50,706 bases of DNA, from positions 521 to 51,226 of the forward strand of contig JALWUQ010000039.1 of NCBI GenBank assembly GCA_026993075.1. Direction: 5' to 3'. A program made the translations under genes and the position numbers. Every line of letters begins with the position of its first letter. Position 1 is the stretch's first letter. The notes under the pieces were generated by a model. That model searched no databases and had not been told where the DNA came from. It worked only from the letters and a program-made list of their open reading frames with translations. Shown piece by piece: positions 50,701 to 50,706 of this stretch. Source of the stretch: Campylobacteraceae bacterium. Its GTDB lineage: Bacteria > Campylobacterota > Campylobacteria > Campylobacterales > JALSKU01.

Positions 50701-50706
50701 ACATTA

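Noticed and set aside
1-50706. Phase-variable poly-G/C tracts, tRNA or rRNA genes
   Set aside because: None seen; poly-A/T runs fit the AT-rich background.

Overview
Low-GC chromosome segment of a free-living Campylobacterota (epsilonproteobacterial) bacterium. It is mostly conserved housekeeping: argH end, HIT, pheS-pheT-aroA-ispH-rpsA-orf-serA, efp, DJ-1, rmuC, dnaE, flgS, uraA/upp, argD, acpS/fliL, radA/ftsY/tlpA, 5-FCL/rny. Accessory content comprises a TolC-MFP efflux operon whose RND permease is split into two genes, a decayed D-lactate dehydrogenase pseudogene, a nitroreductase/HxlR pair, and a 120-bp MITE-like element. A dispersed structured intergenic repeat supplies the ribosome-binding site at three loci. 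The most notable locus is 43.3-50.7 kb. There, a ttrBCA/srdBCA-type molybdoenzyme operon sits behind a perfect sigma-54 promoter, and tandem palindromes lie inside the divergent gene at enhancer distance. That gene encodes an AioX/ArxX/ArrX-type Cys-containing oxyanion-binding protein. Downstream are two paralogous secreted small proteins ending in Gly-Cys and a cytochrome c. No rRNA, tRNA or CRISPR array was seen. All calls are by eye, with no database searches.
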